From assembly GCA_964441585.1 (NCBI GenBank), contig CAYTXS010000001.1, positions 1 to 61,973 of the forward strand: 61,973 bases of DNA, given 5' to 3'. Positions 40,774 to 51,446 of this stretch are shown here, one piece after another. Below the pieces are notes generated by a model. That model did not search any database. It was not told the DNA's origin and saw nothing but the letters and a program-made list of their open reading frames with translations. Every line of letters starts with the position of its first letter. Position 1 is the stretch's first letter. Made by a program: the position numbers and the translations under genes. The DNA comes from an uncultured Thioalkalivibrio sp. GTDB taxonomy: Bacteria > Pseudomonadota > Gammaproteobacteria > Steroidobacterales > XN24.

Positions 40774-43256
40774 GCCCCGGCATTCTCCGTGATCACCGGC
40801 GGGTTGGCGAGGCGGGGGCGCTTCGGTTTGCGGGAGAGCCGCAGGGCATTGAGCACCACCAGCAGGGAACTGGCGGACATGCCGATGGCCGCCATCCACG
40901 GCGCGATGAAACCCGTCGCCGCGAGCGGCAGGGCGACCGCGTTGTAGCTTGCCGCCCAGACGAGATTCTGCCGCACGATGCGCAGCGTGCGACGCGCATG
41001 TTGGATGCCCTCGCCGAGGGGATGGAGTGCCGCACCCAGCAGCACCATGTCGGCGCTGGTCTGGGCGAGGGGCGTTCCGCCTGCCATGGCGACGGACACG
41101 TCGGCGCCCGCCAGCACCGGTGCGTCGTTGACGCCGTCGCCGATCATCGCGACGGCCGCGCCGCCGCCTTGCCTTTCGCGCAACAGCGCCAGCTTGTCCT
41201 CGGGCGTCATCCCCGCTCGCCACTGGCGGATTCCCACCGCGGCGGCCATCGGTGCCACGGCGTCGGCACTGTCGCCGCTCGCGATCTCGGCGGCGATCCC
41301 GAGTTCCAGCAGTCCGGCCACGTCCGCACGCGCCCCGGCACGCAGGCGATCAGCCAGGCTGAACCGGGCCGCCAGCCCGTCGCCGCTGGCCAGCCAGACC
41401 ACGGTCTGCTCCTTCGCGTCGTTCGTGTCGCCGCAGGCGTCGGTGTCTTCGGAGATGGAAGCACCGGCGAGGTTCGTGACCCAGTCGGGCCGCCCGAGTC
41501 GCCAGCGGCGTCCTGCCACGCGACCCTCGATCCCGAGTCCCGGGCTCACCTGGACGTCCGTCGCCTCGCTGCGCGCCTGCGCGATGGCGAAAGCCCGGGC
41601 GATCGGATGTTCCGACTCGGCTTCCAGGGCGGCGGCGATTCCCAGGGCTCCTTCGGCGTCCAGTTCACCCCGGGTCTCGACGTCCGTGATGCGCGGCTGG
41701 CCCAGGGTGAGCGTGCCGGTCTTGTCGAAGATCACCCGCTCCACGTGGGCGAGCCGCTCGATGGCGCCGGCGCGCGTCACGAGCAGGCCGTGCCGCGCCA
41801 GGTAGCCCGTCGCGGCTGTCAACGCGGCAGGCGTGGCGATCGAGAGTGCGCACGGGCACGTCACCACGAGCACGGCGAGCGTGATTTCGAAGGCGCGTGA
41901 AGGATCGATGGCGTTCCAGGCGAACCAGGTCAGCGCGGCCGCGCTGAGCACGCCGACCACGAACCAGCGGGCGATGCGATCGGCCGTGGCTGCGATCGGT
42001 GTGCGCTCCGCCTGGGCCCGGTCGAGCAGGCGGCCGATGGCTGAAACCAGCGTGTCCGCACCGGTGCGTTCGACCTCGAACTCCACAGGGTCGCCCAGGT
42101 TCACGCTGCCCGCCAGCGCGCTGTCACCCGCCTGGCGCAGCCGCGGACGCGACTCGCCGGTCAGCATGGATTCGTCGAGACGCGCCCCGTCCGCACTGAG
42201 CCGGCCGTCCGCCGGCAGCGTCTCGCCGTGCCGCACGGAAACGATGTCGCCGGGCCGCAGTTCCCTCAGCGCCACGCTTTCCCATGCGCCGTCGGGGCCG
42301 CGCCGCCGCGCCGCTTCGGGGAGCAGCCGTGCGAGCGCTTCCTGGGTATCGCCGGCGCGGTGGCGGGCGCTCATCTCCAGGTAGCGCGCCAGCGAGAGAA
42401 AGAACACGAACATCGTCACGGAGTCGAAATACACCTCGCCGTGGCCGGACAGCGTGTGCAGCACGCTGGCGGTCCACGCGGCCCCGACGGCCAGCGCCAC
42501 GGGCACGTCCATGCCAGGCCGGCCGGCGCGAATGTCGCGCCACGCGCCGGTGAAGAACGGCCGGCCGGAATAAAGCGCCACCGGCGTTGCCACCAGCAGG
42601 CTGACCCAGCGGAACAGGTTCTCGAGCCCTGCGTCCATGTCCTGGAAGGCGCCGACGTACATCGCCACGGCGTACATCATGACCTGCATCATGCCGATGC
42701 CGGCGACGCCCAGGCGGCGCAGGGCCCCGCGCCGCTCGCGCAAGGCCATGTCCGCCGCGCCCGCGCTGCCGGGATGCGGCTGGTAACCGAGCCGCGACAG
42801 CACCCCCAGCGCGCCGCTTAGCGGCAACACCCCCGGTTCCCAGACGAGTCGGGCGCGTGCGGTCGCCGGATTGACGCGGATCTCGCGCACGCCCGGGACC
42901 TGCTCGAGGCTGCGCTCTATCAGCCAGCCACAGGCGGCGCAACGCACCCCCTCGACCAGCATGGTGCAGGTGCGCAAGCCGTCATCGGTCGGGGCACTGA
43001 CGGCGTCGAGCATGTCCGGCCGGTCGAACGGACGCCACGGCTGATCAGGGGCCTCGGCGGCGACGCCACCCTTCGGGCGGTTCGCCGGCAGCGTCCGGAA
43101 GCGGTAGAAATCCGCCAGGCCGGTATCGGCAATCAGTTCGGCGACCGCCTTGCAGCCGGGACAGCAGACGCGGTGCGGCGCGTCCTCGATGGTTACGAAC
43201 CAGGGTTCCGTCCCGGTGAGGACCTCGCCGCAGTGGAAGCAGGTGCTCTCGACCAC
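40770..43256 (-). CDS. ccoI: Cu-translocating P1B ATPase CcoI/FixI
   Basis: CFHCG, CCPGC, CAAC, TGES, CPCAL, DKTGTLT, GDGVNDAP. Confidence 0.93.
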   Translation of the reverse strand: MVESTCFHCGEVLTGTEPWFVTIEDAPHRVCCPGCKAVAELIADTGLADFYRFRTLPANRPKGGVAAEAPDQPWRPFDRPDMLDAVSAPTDDGLRTCTMLVEGVRCAACGWLIERSLEQVPGVREIRVNPATARARLVWEPGVLPLSGALGVLSRLGYQPHPGSAGAADMALRERRGALRRLGVAGIGMMQVMMYAVAMYVGAFQDMDAGLENLFRWVSLLVATPVALYSGRPFFTGAWRDIRAGRPGMDVPVALAVGAAWTASVLHTLSGHGEVYFDSVTMFVFFLSLARYLEMSARHRAGDTQEALARLLPEAARRRGPDGAWESVALRELRPGDIVSVRHGETLPADGRLSADGARLDESMLTGESRPRLRQAGDSALAGSVNLGDPVEFEVERTGADTLVSAIGRLLDRAQAERTPIAATADRIARWFVVGVLSAAALTWFAWNAIDPSRAFEITLAVLVVTCPCALSIATPAALTAATGYLARHGLLVTRAGAIERLAHVERVIFDKTGTLTLGQPRITDVETRGELDAEGALGIAAALEAESEHPIARAFAIAQARSEATDVQVSPGLGIEGRVAGRRWRLGRPDWVTNLAGASISEDTDACGDTNDAKEQTVVWLASGDGLAARFSLADRLRAGARADVAGLLELGIAAEIASGDSADAVAPMAAAVGIRQWRAGMTPEDKLALLRERQGGGAAVAMIGDGVNDAPVLAGADVSVAMAGGTPLAQTSADMVLLGAALHPLGEGIQHARRTLRIVRQNLVWAASYNAVALPLAATGFIAPWMAAIGMSASSLLVVLNALRLSRKPKRPRLANPPVITENAGA

Positions 43257-43262
43257 CGGCGC

Positions 43263-43760
43263 TCAGGGAATCCGCGGTGGCGCGAGGGCCACCTCGTCCT
43301 GGTCCCGCAGCTCTCCCGAAAGCCGCCACGTGCCGTCGCCGGGATAGAGCTGCAGATACCAGCGACCCTCCGGCGGCGCCACCTCGCCGCTCCATCCACC
43401 CGGCATGCGAACAAGATCGATGACCTGGTCGCGTTCCTCCAGGAGCGGGTGGGACAGCCGCAACTGCAGCGATTCGGGTGACACGGCGGGCGGTTCGACC
43501 ACCACGTCGACGATGTCCGCACCGGCGATGAATCGTATCTTGGCGGTGACACCCAGCGCTGCGGCGGCCTGGTCGCGCTCCATGCGCAGCTCCGTGGAGC
43601 GCGCGATGCGGGCGTAATCATCCACGACCATGGGGTTGGGGTGGCTGATCGCCAGCCAGATAGTGAAAAAGCTGGCGATCACGACCGAGGCCGGCAGCGC
43701 GATGAGGAACCACGGCCAGAACTGGCGGTACCAGGGCTCGGGTGGTGGTGCGGCGTTCAA
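43263..43760 (-). CDS. ccoH: FixH/CcoH family protein
   Basis: PWYRQFWPWFLIALP...VVDDY; TTG start overlapping the ccoG stop. Confidence 0.85.
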   Translation of the reverse strand: MNAAPPPEPWYRQFWPWFLIALPASVVIASFFTIWLAISHPNPMVVDDYARIARSTELRMERDQAAAALGVTAKIRFIAGADIVDVVVEPPAVSPESLQLRLSHPLLEERDQVIDLVRMPGGWSGEVAPPEGRWYLQLYPGDGTWRLSGELRDQDEVALAPPRIP

Positions 43761-45181
43761 CGTGAGCCTCCGCGAGAATCGGTCGGGCCAAGAAACGGGG
43801 TGCTGCGCTCGATGGTCGTCGGCACGGCGCCGACCGCCTCGACGAACAAGGTGACTTCCGTGCCACCCGGCGGTACCGCATCGGCCGGGGCCCGCAGCCG
43901 CACCGGCACCCGCCGCACCTCGCCCGGTGCGGAGATCAGCGGCAGGGACGCATCGAGGCTGAGCTCGAGGTCCTCGAGACCACTGGCGGACAACTCGTAG
44001 CGCCGCTCGGCCTCCGTCTTGTTGACGAAAGTGACGGTGTAGACGTTCTCGATGAACCCGCCGGGCAGTTCGCGATACAGGGTGTTGCGGTCGCGGATCA
44101 CATCGACGATGAGCGTGCTGCGATTGGCCACGGCGGCACCAAAGCCGATCAAAAGGGCGAGCAGCAGTGCACCGTAGATCATCACGCGTGGCCGCAGGAC
44201 GCGCACCGGCTGCTGCTCCTCCATCGCGTGATGAGTCGAGTAGCGGATCAGGCCGCGCGGGTAGTCCATTTTGTCCATGACGTTGTTGCACACGTCGACG
44301 CAGGCCGCGCAGGCGATGCACTCGATCTGCAGGCCCTCCCGAATGTCGATGCCCGTCGGGCAGACCTGCACGCACATGCTGCACTCGATGCAGTCGCCGA
44401 GGCCCACGGCACGCGGATCCACGGAACGCTTGCGACGGCCGCGCGGTTCCCCGCGTTTCTCGTCGTAGGAAATGATCATCGTGTCCTTGTCGAACATGGC
44501 GCTCTGAAAGCGCGCGTAAGGACACATGTACTTGCAGACCTGCTCGCGCAGCAGCCCGGCGTTGCCGTAGGTCGCGAAGCCGTAGAACAGGACCCAGAAC
44601 GTCTCCCAGGGGCCGGCCGAGAAACTCAGGAGCTTCGGTCCCAGTTCGCGGGCCGGGGTGAAATAGGCGACGAAAGTGAACCCCGTCCAGAGTGCGAAGC
44701 CGACCCAGAGAAACTGCTTCGCGCCCTTGCGCAGCAACTTCTCGCGGGTCCACGGTCCCTGGTCGAGCTTGCGGCGCTGGCTGTGGTTGCCTTCGGTGAT
44801 GCGTTCCATCCACAGGAACGCCTCGGTCCAGACGGTCTGCGGGCAGGCGTAGCCGCACCACAGGCGCCCGGCGACGGCGGTGACGAAAAACAGGGTCAGC
44901 GCGGCGATGATGAGCAGCCACGCCATGAGGAAGAAATCCTGCGGCCAGAAGGTCAGGCCGAAGATGTAGAACTTGCGCGCCGGCAGGTCGAAGAGCACCG
45001 CCTGCCGGTCGTCCCACGGGATCCACGGCAGGAGGTAGTAGATGCCGAGCAGCACCCATGCGGCGAGGTTGCGCAGTGATGCATAGCGGCCTTTGACCTC
45101 CCGCGGGTAGATCTTCTGGTGTGCGACGTAGAAGGAATCAGGGGCGGCGTCGTTATTGCCGCCCTCCGCACGGGCGTTCAT
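43757..45181 (-). CDS. ccoG: cbb3 accessory ferredoxin-like protein CcoG/FixG
   Basis: CGYACPQTVW, CKYMCPYARFQ, CIECSMCVQVCPTGIDIR, CIACAACVDVC. Confidence 0.95.
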   Translation of the reverse strand: MNARAEGGNNDAAPDSFYVAHQKIYPREVKGRYASLRNLAAWVLLGIYYLLPWIPWDDRQAVLFDLPARKFYIFGLTFWPQDFFLMAWLLIIAALTLFFVTAVAGRLWCGYACPQTVWTEAFLWMERITEGNHSQRRKLDQGPWTREKLLRKGAKQFLWVGFALWTGFTFVAYFTPARELGPKLLSFSAGPWETFWVLFYGFATYGNAGLLREQVCKYMCPYARFQSAMFDKDTMIISYDEKRGEPRGRRKRSVDPRAVGLGDCIECSMCVQVCPTGIDIREGLQIECIACAACVDVCNNVMDKMDYPRGLIRYSTHHAMEEQQPVRVLRPRVMIYGALLLALLIGFGAAVANRSTLIVDVIRDRNTLYRELPGGFIENVYTVTFVNKTEAERRYELSASGLEDLELSLDASLPLISAPGEVRRVPVRLRAPADAVPPGGTEVTLFVEAVGAVPTTIERSTPFLGPTDSRGGSR

Positions 45182-45492
45182 GCGTCTTCCTCGCCGCCCG
45201 CCTGGTTTTCCGTGCGCACCAGCCAGATCGCAAAGGCGGCGGTGCCGGCGGTCAGCAGCCAGAAGCCGAAGAAGCCGATCGCGTATCCGGCTTGCCGGCT
45301 GATTTCCCAGCCCGGTGTCGTGGTGCCCGAGAGCACCTCCGGGTCCACCATCGCGAAGAACACCGCGGACGCTGCACAGGCCATCAGAAAGGAGGCCCAA
45401 GCGACGTAGGCGAAGTCGCGCTGCCGGCGCCGCCAGGGCCGGCTCGCAGTTTCGTCACCGTGAACCGGCCGCCCGATGGAATCGGATGCCAT
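45178..45492 (-). CDS. Small two-TM protein between ccoP and ccoG
   Basis: AWASFLMACAASAVFFAMVDP...GYAIGFFGFW; stop overlaps the ccoG start. Confidence 0.75.
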   Translation of the reverse strand: MASDSIGRPVHGDETASRPWRRRQRDFAYVAWASFLMACAASAVFFAMVDPEVLSGTTTPGWEISRQAGYAIGFFGFWLLTAGTAAFAIWLVRTENQAGGEEDA

Positions 45493-45503
45493 TTCGTACC
45501 TCG

Positions 45504-46397
45504 TTATTCGGCCTGACCGGACAACCGCAGGATGTAGGCAGCCATCACGCGGGACTGCTGCTCCCCGAGGATCGGGAGTTGCGCCGGCATATGGTTCTGC
45601 CGCCCCTGGGTGATGGACTCGGCGATCGTCGCGCGGTCGGCGCTGTAAAGCCAGTTGTCGTCGGTCAGGTTCGGCGCGCCCATCGCAGTCTGCCCCGTTC
45701 CGTCCATGCCGTGGCAGGCGCCGCACACCGCCCAGGTCGGCTGGGCCTGCGCCGCCATCGCTTCATCGTGGGAAAGGCCCGACAGGCTGCGGACGTATTC
45801 CACCATGTTGCTGACGCCGCTGGCGCCGCCCATGGCGTCCGCCATCGGCGGCATGACGCCGCTGCGCCCCTGCTTGATGCTCGTGAGCACCGCACTCTCG
45901 TCACTGCCCCATAGCCAGGCATCGTCCGTCAGGTTCGGAAAGCCCGGTGCGCCGCGGCCGTCGGCACCGTGGCACTGCGCGCAACGGTTGCCGAAGATGT
46001 TTCCGGCCGCTGCCATCGCTTCCATGTTGCCCGCCATCTCCGGGATGGACATGTCGTCGAAGCGGGCGAAAAACTCGCGCTGCCGCTCGTCCATGCGCGC
46101 GACTTCTTCCTCGTACTGCCCGGTCTGGCTCCATCCCAGCACGCCCTGGAAGTTGCCGAGCCCAGGGTAAAGCACCAGGTAGATGATCGAGAACACCACC
46201 GTCAGGTAGAACAACCACAGCCACCAGCGGGGCAGCGGGTTGTTGTATTCCTCGAGGTCGCCGTCCCAGACATGGCCGGTCGTATCGGAGGCCTTTTCAT
46301 CGGGAGAGGTCTTCGACGTCACCCGCAAAAGCCAAACGGCGCCGATGATGTTGACCACGGTAAGAAGAATGATCCATCCGCTCCAGAAACTGCTCAT
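45504..46397 (-). CDS. ccoP: cbb3 cytochrome c oxidase subunit III
   Basis: GHVWDGDLEEYNNPLPRWW; two heme motifs CAQCH and CGACH. Confidence 0.96.
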   Translation of the reverse strand: MSSFWSGWIILLTVVNIIGAVWLLRVTSKTSPDEKASDTTGHVWDGDLEEYNNPLPRWWLWLFYLTVVFSIIYLVLYPGLGNFQGVLGWSQTGQYEEEVARMDERQREFFARFDDMSIPEMAGNMEAMAAAGNIFGNRCAQCHGADGRGAPGFPNLTDDAWLWGSDESAVLTSIKQGRSGVMPPMADAMGGASGVSNMVEYVRSLSGLSHDEAMAAQAQPTWAVCGACHGMDGTGQTAMGAPNLTDDNWLYSADRATIAESITQGRQNHMPAQLPILGEQQSRVMAAYILRLSGQAE

Positions 46398-46576
46398 CGC
46401 GATTCCTCGTCCTCAGGAGTGCTCTCGGGGCCGCCGGGCTCCTCTTCTTCAAGCGGGAGTCTTGCGGCTTCTTCAAAATCCTTGCGGCGGCGACTGCTCC
46501 AGGCCCAGACGACGATGCCGATGAAGGCGGTCATCATCAGCACCGTCCAGACGACGTGCCAGGTGCCTTCGCTCAT
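46394..46576 (-). CDS. ccoQ: cbb3 cytochrome c oxidase subunit IV
   Basis: FIGIVVWAWSSRRRKDFEEAARLPL. Confidence 0.9.
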   Translation of the reverse strand: MSEGTWHVVWTVLMMTAFIGIVVWAWSSRRRKDFEEAARLPLEEEEPGGPESTPEDEESR

Positions 46577-46578
46577 GG

Positions 46579-47187
46579 TCAGCGCCCCCGCCCGAGATTC
46601 GTTCCGAGGCTTTGCAGGTAAACGATCATTGCGTCCATCTCGGTCTTGCCGCTGACGGCCTTGGCGGCGGCGGCGATGTCTTCGTCCGAGTAGGGATGCC
46701 CGAGCCGGCGCAGGGCCAGCATGCGTTTCTCGACGGCGCGCGGATTGAGTTCGCGCGTCTCGAGCCAGGGGTAGGCCGGCATGTTCGACTCGGGGACCAG
46801 CATGCGCGGGTTCCTGAGATGCAGGCGGTGCCACTCGTCGCTGTACAGGCCGCCGACCCGCGCGAGGTCGGGGCCCGTGCGTTTCGAGCCGAACTGGAAC
46901 GGCCGTTCGTAGACGGACTCTCCGGCGAGCGAGTAGTGCCCATAGCGCTCGGTTTCCGCGCGGAACGGCCGGATCATCTGCGAGTGGCAACCGTAGCAGC
47001 CCTCGCGGATGTAGACGTCCCGCCCCGCGAGCTCCATCGCCGTATGCGGCTCGACGCCGTCGGCCGGGTCGCGCACCTGCGAATCGAAGATCAGCGGGAC
47101 GATCTCCACCAGGCCGCCGATGCTGATGACCAGCACGACCAGCACGGCCATCAGGCCGACTTTTCTTTCGATAAGTTCGTGTTTCAT
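46579..47187 (-). CDS. ccoO: cbb3 cytochrome c oxidase subunit II
   Basis: [30 protein letters not shown]. Confidence 0.96.
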   Translation of the reverse strand: MKHELIERKVGLMAVLVVLVISIGGLVEIVPLIFDSQVRDPADGVEPHTAMELAGRDVYIREGCYGCHSQMIRPFRAETERYGHYSLAGESVYERPFQFGSKRTGPDLARVGGLYSDEWHRLHLRNPRMLVPESNMPAYPWLETRELNPRAVEKRMLALRRLGHPYSDEDIAAAAKAVSGKTEMDAMIVYLQSLGTNLGRGR

Positions 47188-47200
47188 CCCAGCATCCCTC

Positions 47201-48619
47201 CTAGTGCGCCGGCGCCATGACCGGAACATCCTCGATCTTCGCATCGCGGATCGTGCGCCACGTGTTCCAGCACATGATCAGCATGCCGCTGAGGAACAGC
47301 AGTCCGCCGAGCAGGCGCACGCCATAGAAGGGATAGGTGCGCGCGATGCTCTCGATGAAAGTGTAAGTGAGGGTCCCGTCGTCGTTGACGGCCCGCCACA
47401 TGAGGCCCTGCATGACGCCGGCCATCCACATGGCGGCGATGTACAACACCACGCCGATGGTGGACACCCAGAAATGAATGTCGATGGCCTTGACGCTGTG
47501 CATCTCCTGCTTGCCGAACAGCCTCGGGACCAGCATGTAGACACAGCCGATGGAAATCATCGCCACCCAGCCCAGCGCGCCGGAGTGCACGTGGCCTATG
47601 GTCCAGTCGGTGTAGTGCGACAGGGCATTGACCGTCTTGATCGACATCATCGGACCCTCGAAGGTCGACATACCGTAGAACGACAGCGAGACGATGAGGA
47701 ACTTCAGGATCGGGTCGGTGCGCAGCTTATGCCAGGCGCCCGACAGCGTCATGATGCCGTTGATCATGCCGCCCCAGGAGGGCGCCAGCAGCATCAGCGA
47801 GAACACCATGCCGAGGGTCTGCGCCCAGTCGGGCAGGGTGGTGTAGTGCAGGTGGTGCGGCCCGGCCCACATGTAGAGGGAGATCAGCGCCCAGAAATGC
47901 ACCACCGACAGGCGGTAGGAAAAGATCGGCCGGCCCGCCTGCTTGGGCACGAAGTAGTACATCATGCCGAGGAAGCCCGCGGTCAGGAAGAAGCCGACGG
48001 CGTTGTGCCCGTACCACCACTGCACCATCGCGTCGACCACGCCGGAGTACACCGGATAGGAATGCGCGATGCTGGTCGGCAGCGCCAGGCTGTTGACGAT
48101 GTGGAGCACGGCCACGGTGAGGATGAAGGCGCCGAAGAACCAGTTGGCCACGTAGATGTGCTTGACCTTCCGCAGCGCAATGGTGCCGAAGAACACGACG
48201 GCATAAGACACCCACACCGCGGCGATCAGGATATCGATCGGCCAGATGAGTTCCGCGTACTCCTTGCTCTGGGTGAGACCGAGCGGCAGAGTGATGGCCG
48301 CCAGCACGATGACGACCTGCCAGCCCCAGAAAGTGAAGGCCGCAAGCTTGTCGGCAAACAGCCGCACATGGCAGGTGCGCTGCACGACGTAGTAGGACGA
48401 GGCAAACAATGCGGACCCCCCGAAGGCGAAGATCACCGCGTTGGTGTGCAGCGGACGGAGCCGTCCGTAGCTGAGCCAGGGCACGTCGAAGTTGAGAGCC
48501 GGCCACATGAGCTGGGCGGCGATGATCACTCCCACCAACATTCCGACCACGCCCCACACGATGGTCATGATTGTGAACTGGCGGACGACCTTGTCGTTAT
48601 ATGCACTTGCTGTCGTCAT
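47201..48619 (-). CDS. ccoN: cbb3 cytochrome c oxidase subunit I
   Basis: [36 protein letters not shown]. Confidence 0.97.
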   Translation of the reverse strand: MTTASAYNDKVVRQFTIMTIVWGVVGMLVGVIIAAQLMWPALNFDVPWLSYGRLRPLHTNAVIFAFGGSALFASSYYVVQRTCHVRLFADKLAAFTFWGWQVVIVLAAITLPLGLTQSKEYAELIWPIDILIAAVWVSYAVVFFGTIALRKVKHIYVANWFFGAFILTVAVLHIVNSLALPTSIAHSYPVYSGVVDAMVQWWYGHNAVGFFLTAGFLGMMYYFVPKQAGRPIFSYRLSVVHFWALISLYMWAGPHHLHYTTLPDWAQTLGMVFSLMLLAPSWGGMINGIMTLSGAWHKLRTDPILKFLIVSLSFYGMSTFEGPMMSIKTVNALSHYTDWTIGHVHSGALGWVAMISIGCVYMLVPRLFGKQEMHSVKAIDIHFWVSTIGVVLYIAAMWMAGVMQGLMWRAVNDDGTLTYTFIESIARTYPFYGVRLLGGLLFLSGMLIMCWNTWRTIRDAKIEDVPVMAPAH

Positions 48620-48700
48620 AGTCCTCTACCGGCTGCCTGAGGTTGGAACGGGCGGCAAGGAAGCGCGCCCGGGAATACGGGAATCTGTACGCGACATCGA

Positions 48701-48792
48701 CATGCAGAGAGCCGCTCGCGCGGCTCTCTGCATGGTGCCCGGGGCGAGAACGCCCCGGGACTTCTTGCGGGCCGCGGGGAATTCACCCCGCG
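48701..48792. repeat. Three tandem stem-loops between ompW and ccoN
   Basis: 15-bp perfect stem at 48701-48734, 9-bp at 48738-48759, 7-bp at 48773-48792. Confidence 0.8.
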
Positions 48793-48798
48793 CAGGGT

Positions 48799-49494
48799 TC
48801 AGAAGCGATAGCCGACGTGCAGGCCGTACACGATCGGATCGATATCCACTTTCGCCGTGCTGACGTCGGCGCCGTCGACCGTCAGGGTCGCGTCGGTGCT
48901 GATGTCGATCCAGCGTACGTCGAAGTTGATGAACCAGGTGTCGTTGACGATGTAGTCGAAGCCCACCTGGGCGGCGAGGCCGACCGAAGTGCTGTCGACA
49001 TCCAGTCCAGTGGTTACACCGAGGTCGTCGTCGACGAAGCGAAGACCTTCTTCCTTGCTGTCGTCCAGGAACCAGGTCAGGTTCAGGCCGGCACCCACAT
49101 AGGGCTGGAACGCCGCGTCGGGCATGAAGTGGTACTGCAGGCTGAGCGTCGGCGGCAGATGGGTCACGGTCGCGGCCGTACCTGGCAGCCCCGCCACTTC
49201 GATGTCGTGCTCGTAGGGCAGCGCCGCGAGCAGTTCGATGCCAAGGTTGGCGGTGTACATGTAGGTGATGTTGAAGGTCACGCCGATCTGGCTGTCGACA
49301 GTGACATCTTGAACACCGAGGTCCCCGACGCTCGGAAGGGTTACGCCCGTCAGATCGAAGGAGCCGTTGTCGCTCTTCGGATCGATATTGCTGCCGCCGA
49401 AGCGAACGAGCCAGTCGCCCGCCTCGTGGGCATAGGCCGGTGCGGCGAGACCGAGGGCGGCGACGAGGGCGAGAGTTGAAGCAAACGTACGCAT
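48799..49494 (-). CDS. ompW: OmpW-family outer membrane protein
   Basis: AHEAGDWLVR, GIELLAALP, HLPPTLSLQYHF, QPYVGAGLN, C-terminal GYRF. Confidence 0.93.
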   Translation of the reverse strand: MRTFASTLALVAALGLAAPAYAHEAGDWLVRFGGSNIDPKSDNGSFDLTGVTLPSVGDLGVQDVTVDSQIGVTFNITYMYTANLGIELLAALPYEHDIEVAGLPGTAATVTHLPPTLSLQYHFMPDAAFQPYVGAGLNLTWFLDDSKEEGLRFVDDDLGVTTGLDVDSTSVGLAAQVGFDYIVNDTWFINFDVRWIDISTDATLTVDGADVSTAKVDIDPIVYGLHVGYRF

Positions 49495-49559
49495 TTTGGA
49501 GCTCCCATGCTTTGTTGTTGAATTTACATGGAATTCTAGTCATGCTCACCAGCCCTGAA

Positions 49560-49573
49560 TTGACCTGGATCAA
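49560..49573. promoter_or_regulatory. FNR box in the ompW-fnr divergent region
   Basis: TTGACctggATCAA; minus-strand TAGAAT at 49538-49533 sits at class II spacing for ompW; TATAAT at 49641-49646 precedes fnr. Confidence 0.8.
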
Positions 49574-49674
49574 TTCTGGACTGCGGTCTTCCGAAGGGTA
49601 AATAAGTGTTTCCACTAGGCTGGTCGCGCAAGCCTCTGTTTATAATCAACAGGCACTAATATTTTGGGGTTGAG

Positions 49675-50448
49675 GTGGCAGCGGACGGGAGCTCGAATAT
49701 CATCAGCATCGCGCATCTCCGCCAGAGTTGCCGCAGCTGCACGCTTCGCGATTTATGCCTGCCATTGGGGCTGGATAACGAAGACATGCAGCGTCTCGAA
49801 TCCATCGTCCATACCCGCGGGCCGATCCGTCCCGGCGATCACCTGTTCCGCGAAGGCGACGATTTCCATGCGCTGTACGCCGTCAAGAAAGGCGCGCTCA
49901 AGACCTACACGATCGACAGCCAGGGCCGCGAGCACGTGCTCGGATTCCACCTGGCGGGCGAACTGGCCGGCCTCGACGGCATCCATTCAGGCCGCAACCG
50001 CTGCAACGCAGTGTCATTGCAGACAGCCTCGGTCTGCGCGTTGCCCTTCGCGCGCCTTGAGCAGTTGATCCACGAGGTGCCCGGCCTGCAGACACAGGTG
50101 CTGCGAATCATGAGCCGCGAGCTTTCGGCCAGCGCGAAACTGGCGACCGACCACAGCGCCGAGGAACGCCTGGCCGGGTTCTTGCTCGGCCTTTCAAGGC
50201 GATATCATCGTCGTGGGCTGTCGGCCGACGTCCTGAGCCTCCCGATGCCACGGCGCGACATCGCCAGCCACCTGCGCCTGGCGACCGAGACGGTCAGTCG
50301 GCTGTTCGCCCGTTTCCAGGATGACGGCATCGTGGCCGTGCAACGACGGGAGGTGGCGATCCTCGATATGGCGGCCCTGCACACGCTCGGCGCGTCCTTC
50401 GATCTCGAGGGTGGCGACGACGAGCAGCGGAACCCGCTGCTGAGGTAA
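49675..50448 (+). CDS. fnr: FNR/ANR oxygen-sensing regulator
   Basis: CRSCTLRDLC plus a fourth Cys (SVCALPF); HTH LATETVSR. Confidence 0.93.
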   Translation: MAADGSSNIISIAHLRQSCRSCTLRDLCLPLGLDNEDMQRLESIVHTRGPIRPGDHLFREGDDFHALYAVKKGALKTYTIDSQGREHVLGFHLAGELAGLDGIHSGRNRCNAVSLQTASVCALPFARLEQLIHEVPGLQTQVLRIMSRELSASAKLATDHSAEERLAGFLLGLSRRYHRRGLSADVLSLPMPRRDIASHLRLATETVSRLFARFQDDGIVAVQRREVAILDMAALHTLGASFDLEGGDDEQRNPLLR

Positions 50449-50454
50449 AGACCC

Positions 50455-51408
50455 ATGAACCGAGACTCTGCCGCACCTGTGCTCGCTGCCGTCGATCCCG
50501 GTGATGATGCGGGAGTCGCCCTCGAACGGGCCGCCACGCTGGCGGCTGCACTGAACGCCCCGCTCGAGTTGTTCGCCTGCGAATTCGACCAGGCCATGGA
50601 AGGCAGTCATTTCCGGGTCACCGAGCGCGTCGAGGCGGCGCGTGAGGCCCGGGTCGCAGCACGGCGGGAATGGTTGGAGACCTGCGCGGCGCCGTGGCGG
50701 GACAAGGGCCTGGAAGTGCGCACTACGGCGATCTATGCGAACCCGCGCGACGAGGCCATCGCACGCCATGCCCTGGTGACGGAGGCCTGTCTTGTGGTGA
50801 TGCGAACGCACCACCACCAGTGGCTGAAGCGCGCCACGCTGAGTGCCGCCGACTGGCAGCTGATTCGTACCTGCCCGGCGTCGTTGCTGCTGGTCAAGGG
50901 GCGGCGGTGGTCGGCGTGCCCGAGGTTGCTCGCAGCGGTCGATCCGAGTCATCGCGACGACGAGCACGCCGAGCTGGACCAGGCCATTCTTGCCGAGGCC
51001 GAACGACTCGGCGCGGCGATGGGGGCGGAGACCTGGGTGGCGCATTGCGTGTTGTCGATGGCGTCGCTCGAGTCCACGGCTGCACTGGCGCTGATGCCCG
51101 AGGCGCTCGGCACACCGCCGGAAGAGTATTTCGGCAACCTGGTGCAGCAGCTGAGGGGCGCGATCCTGAGACTTCTGGAAGGACGGGACATCCCCGCGGC
51201 CCACGTGCGGATCGTCGAAGGTCGACCGGAGAAGGAACTGCCCCACCTCGTCGACGAACTCGGCGCCGATATCCTGGTGACCGGCGGGGTTTCCCGCAGC
51301 CGCCTCGAGCAGGTCTTCATCGGCGGCACGGCGGAGCGGCTGCTCGATCATGTCGCCTGCGACCTGCTGGTCGTCAAACCCCCCGGCTTTCGCTCCCCGA
51401 TCGAATAG
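50455..51408 (+). CDS. Tandem universal stress protein (UspE-like)
   Basis: DWQLIRTCPASLLLVK, LAAVDP, FIGGTAERLLDHVACDLLVVKP; follows fnr. Confidence 0.88.
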   Translation: MNRDSAAPVLAAVDPGDDAGVALERAATLAAALNAPLELFACEFDQAMEGSHFRVTERVEAAREARVAARREWLETCAAPWRDKGLEVRTTAIYANPRDEAIARHALVTEACLVVMRTHHHQWLKRATLSAADWQLIRTCPASLLLVKGRRWSACPRLLAAVDPSHRDDEHAELDQAILAEAERLGAAMGAETWVAHCVLSMASLESTAALALMPEALGTPPEEYFGNLVQQLRGAILRLLEGRDIPAAHVRIVEGRPEKELPHLVDELGADILVTGGVSRSRLEQVFIGGTAERLLDHVACDLLVVKPPGFRSPIE

Positions 51409-51446
51409 AATTTCCTGTTACGGCTTTCCTGCTCACGGAGTATCCG

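Noticed and set aside
49495-49674. AT-rich stretch as a possible foreign insertion
   Set aside because: It is the ompW/fnr divergent promoter region, with an FNR box and -10 elements.
50670-51446. N-terminal extensions of the S9 peptidase (also of rimK, PdsO-like, M17, ccoH, ccoG, ccoQ, ccoS)
   Set aside because: Stop-free upstream frames overlap neighbouring genes; internal starts with an RBS, signal peptide or stop-start overlap fit better.
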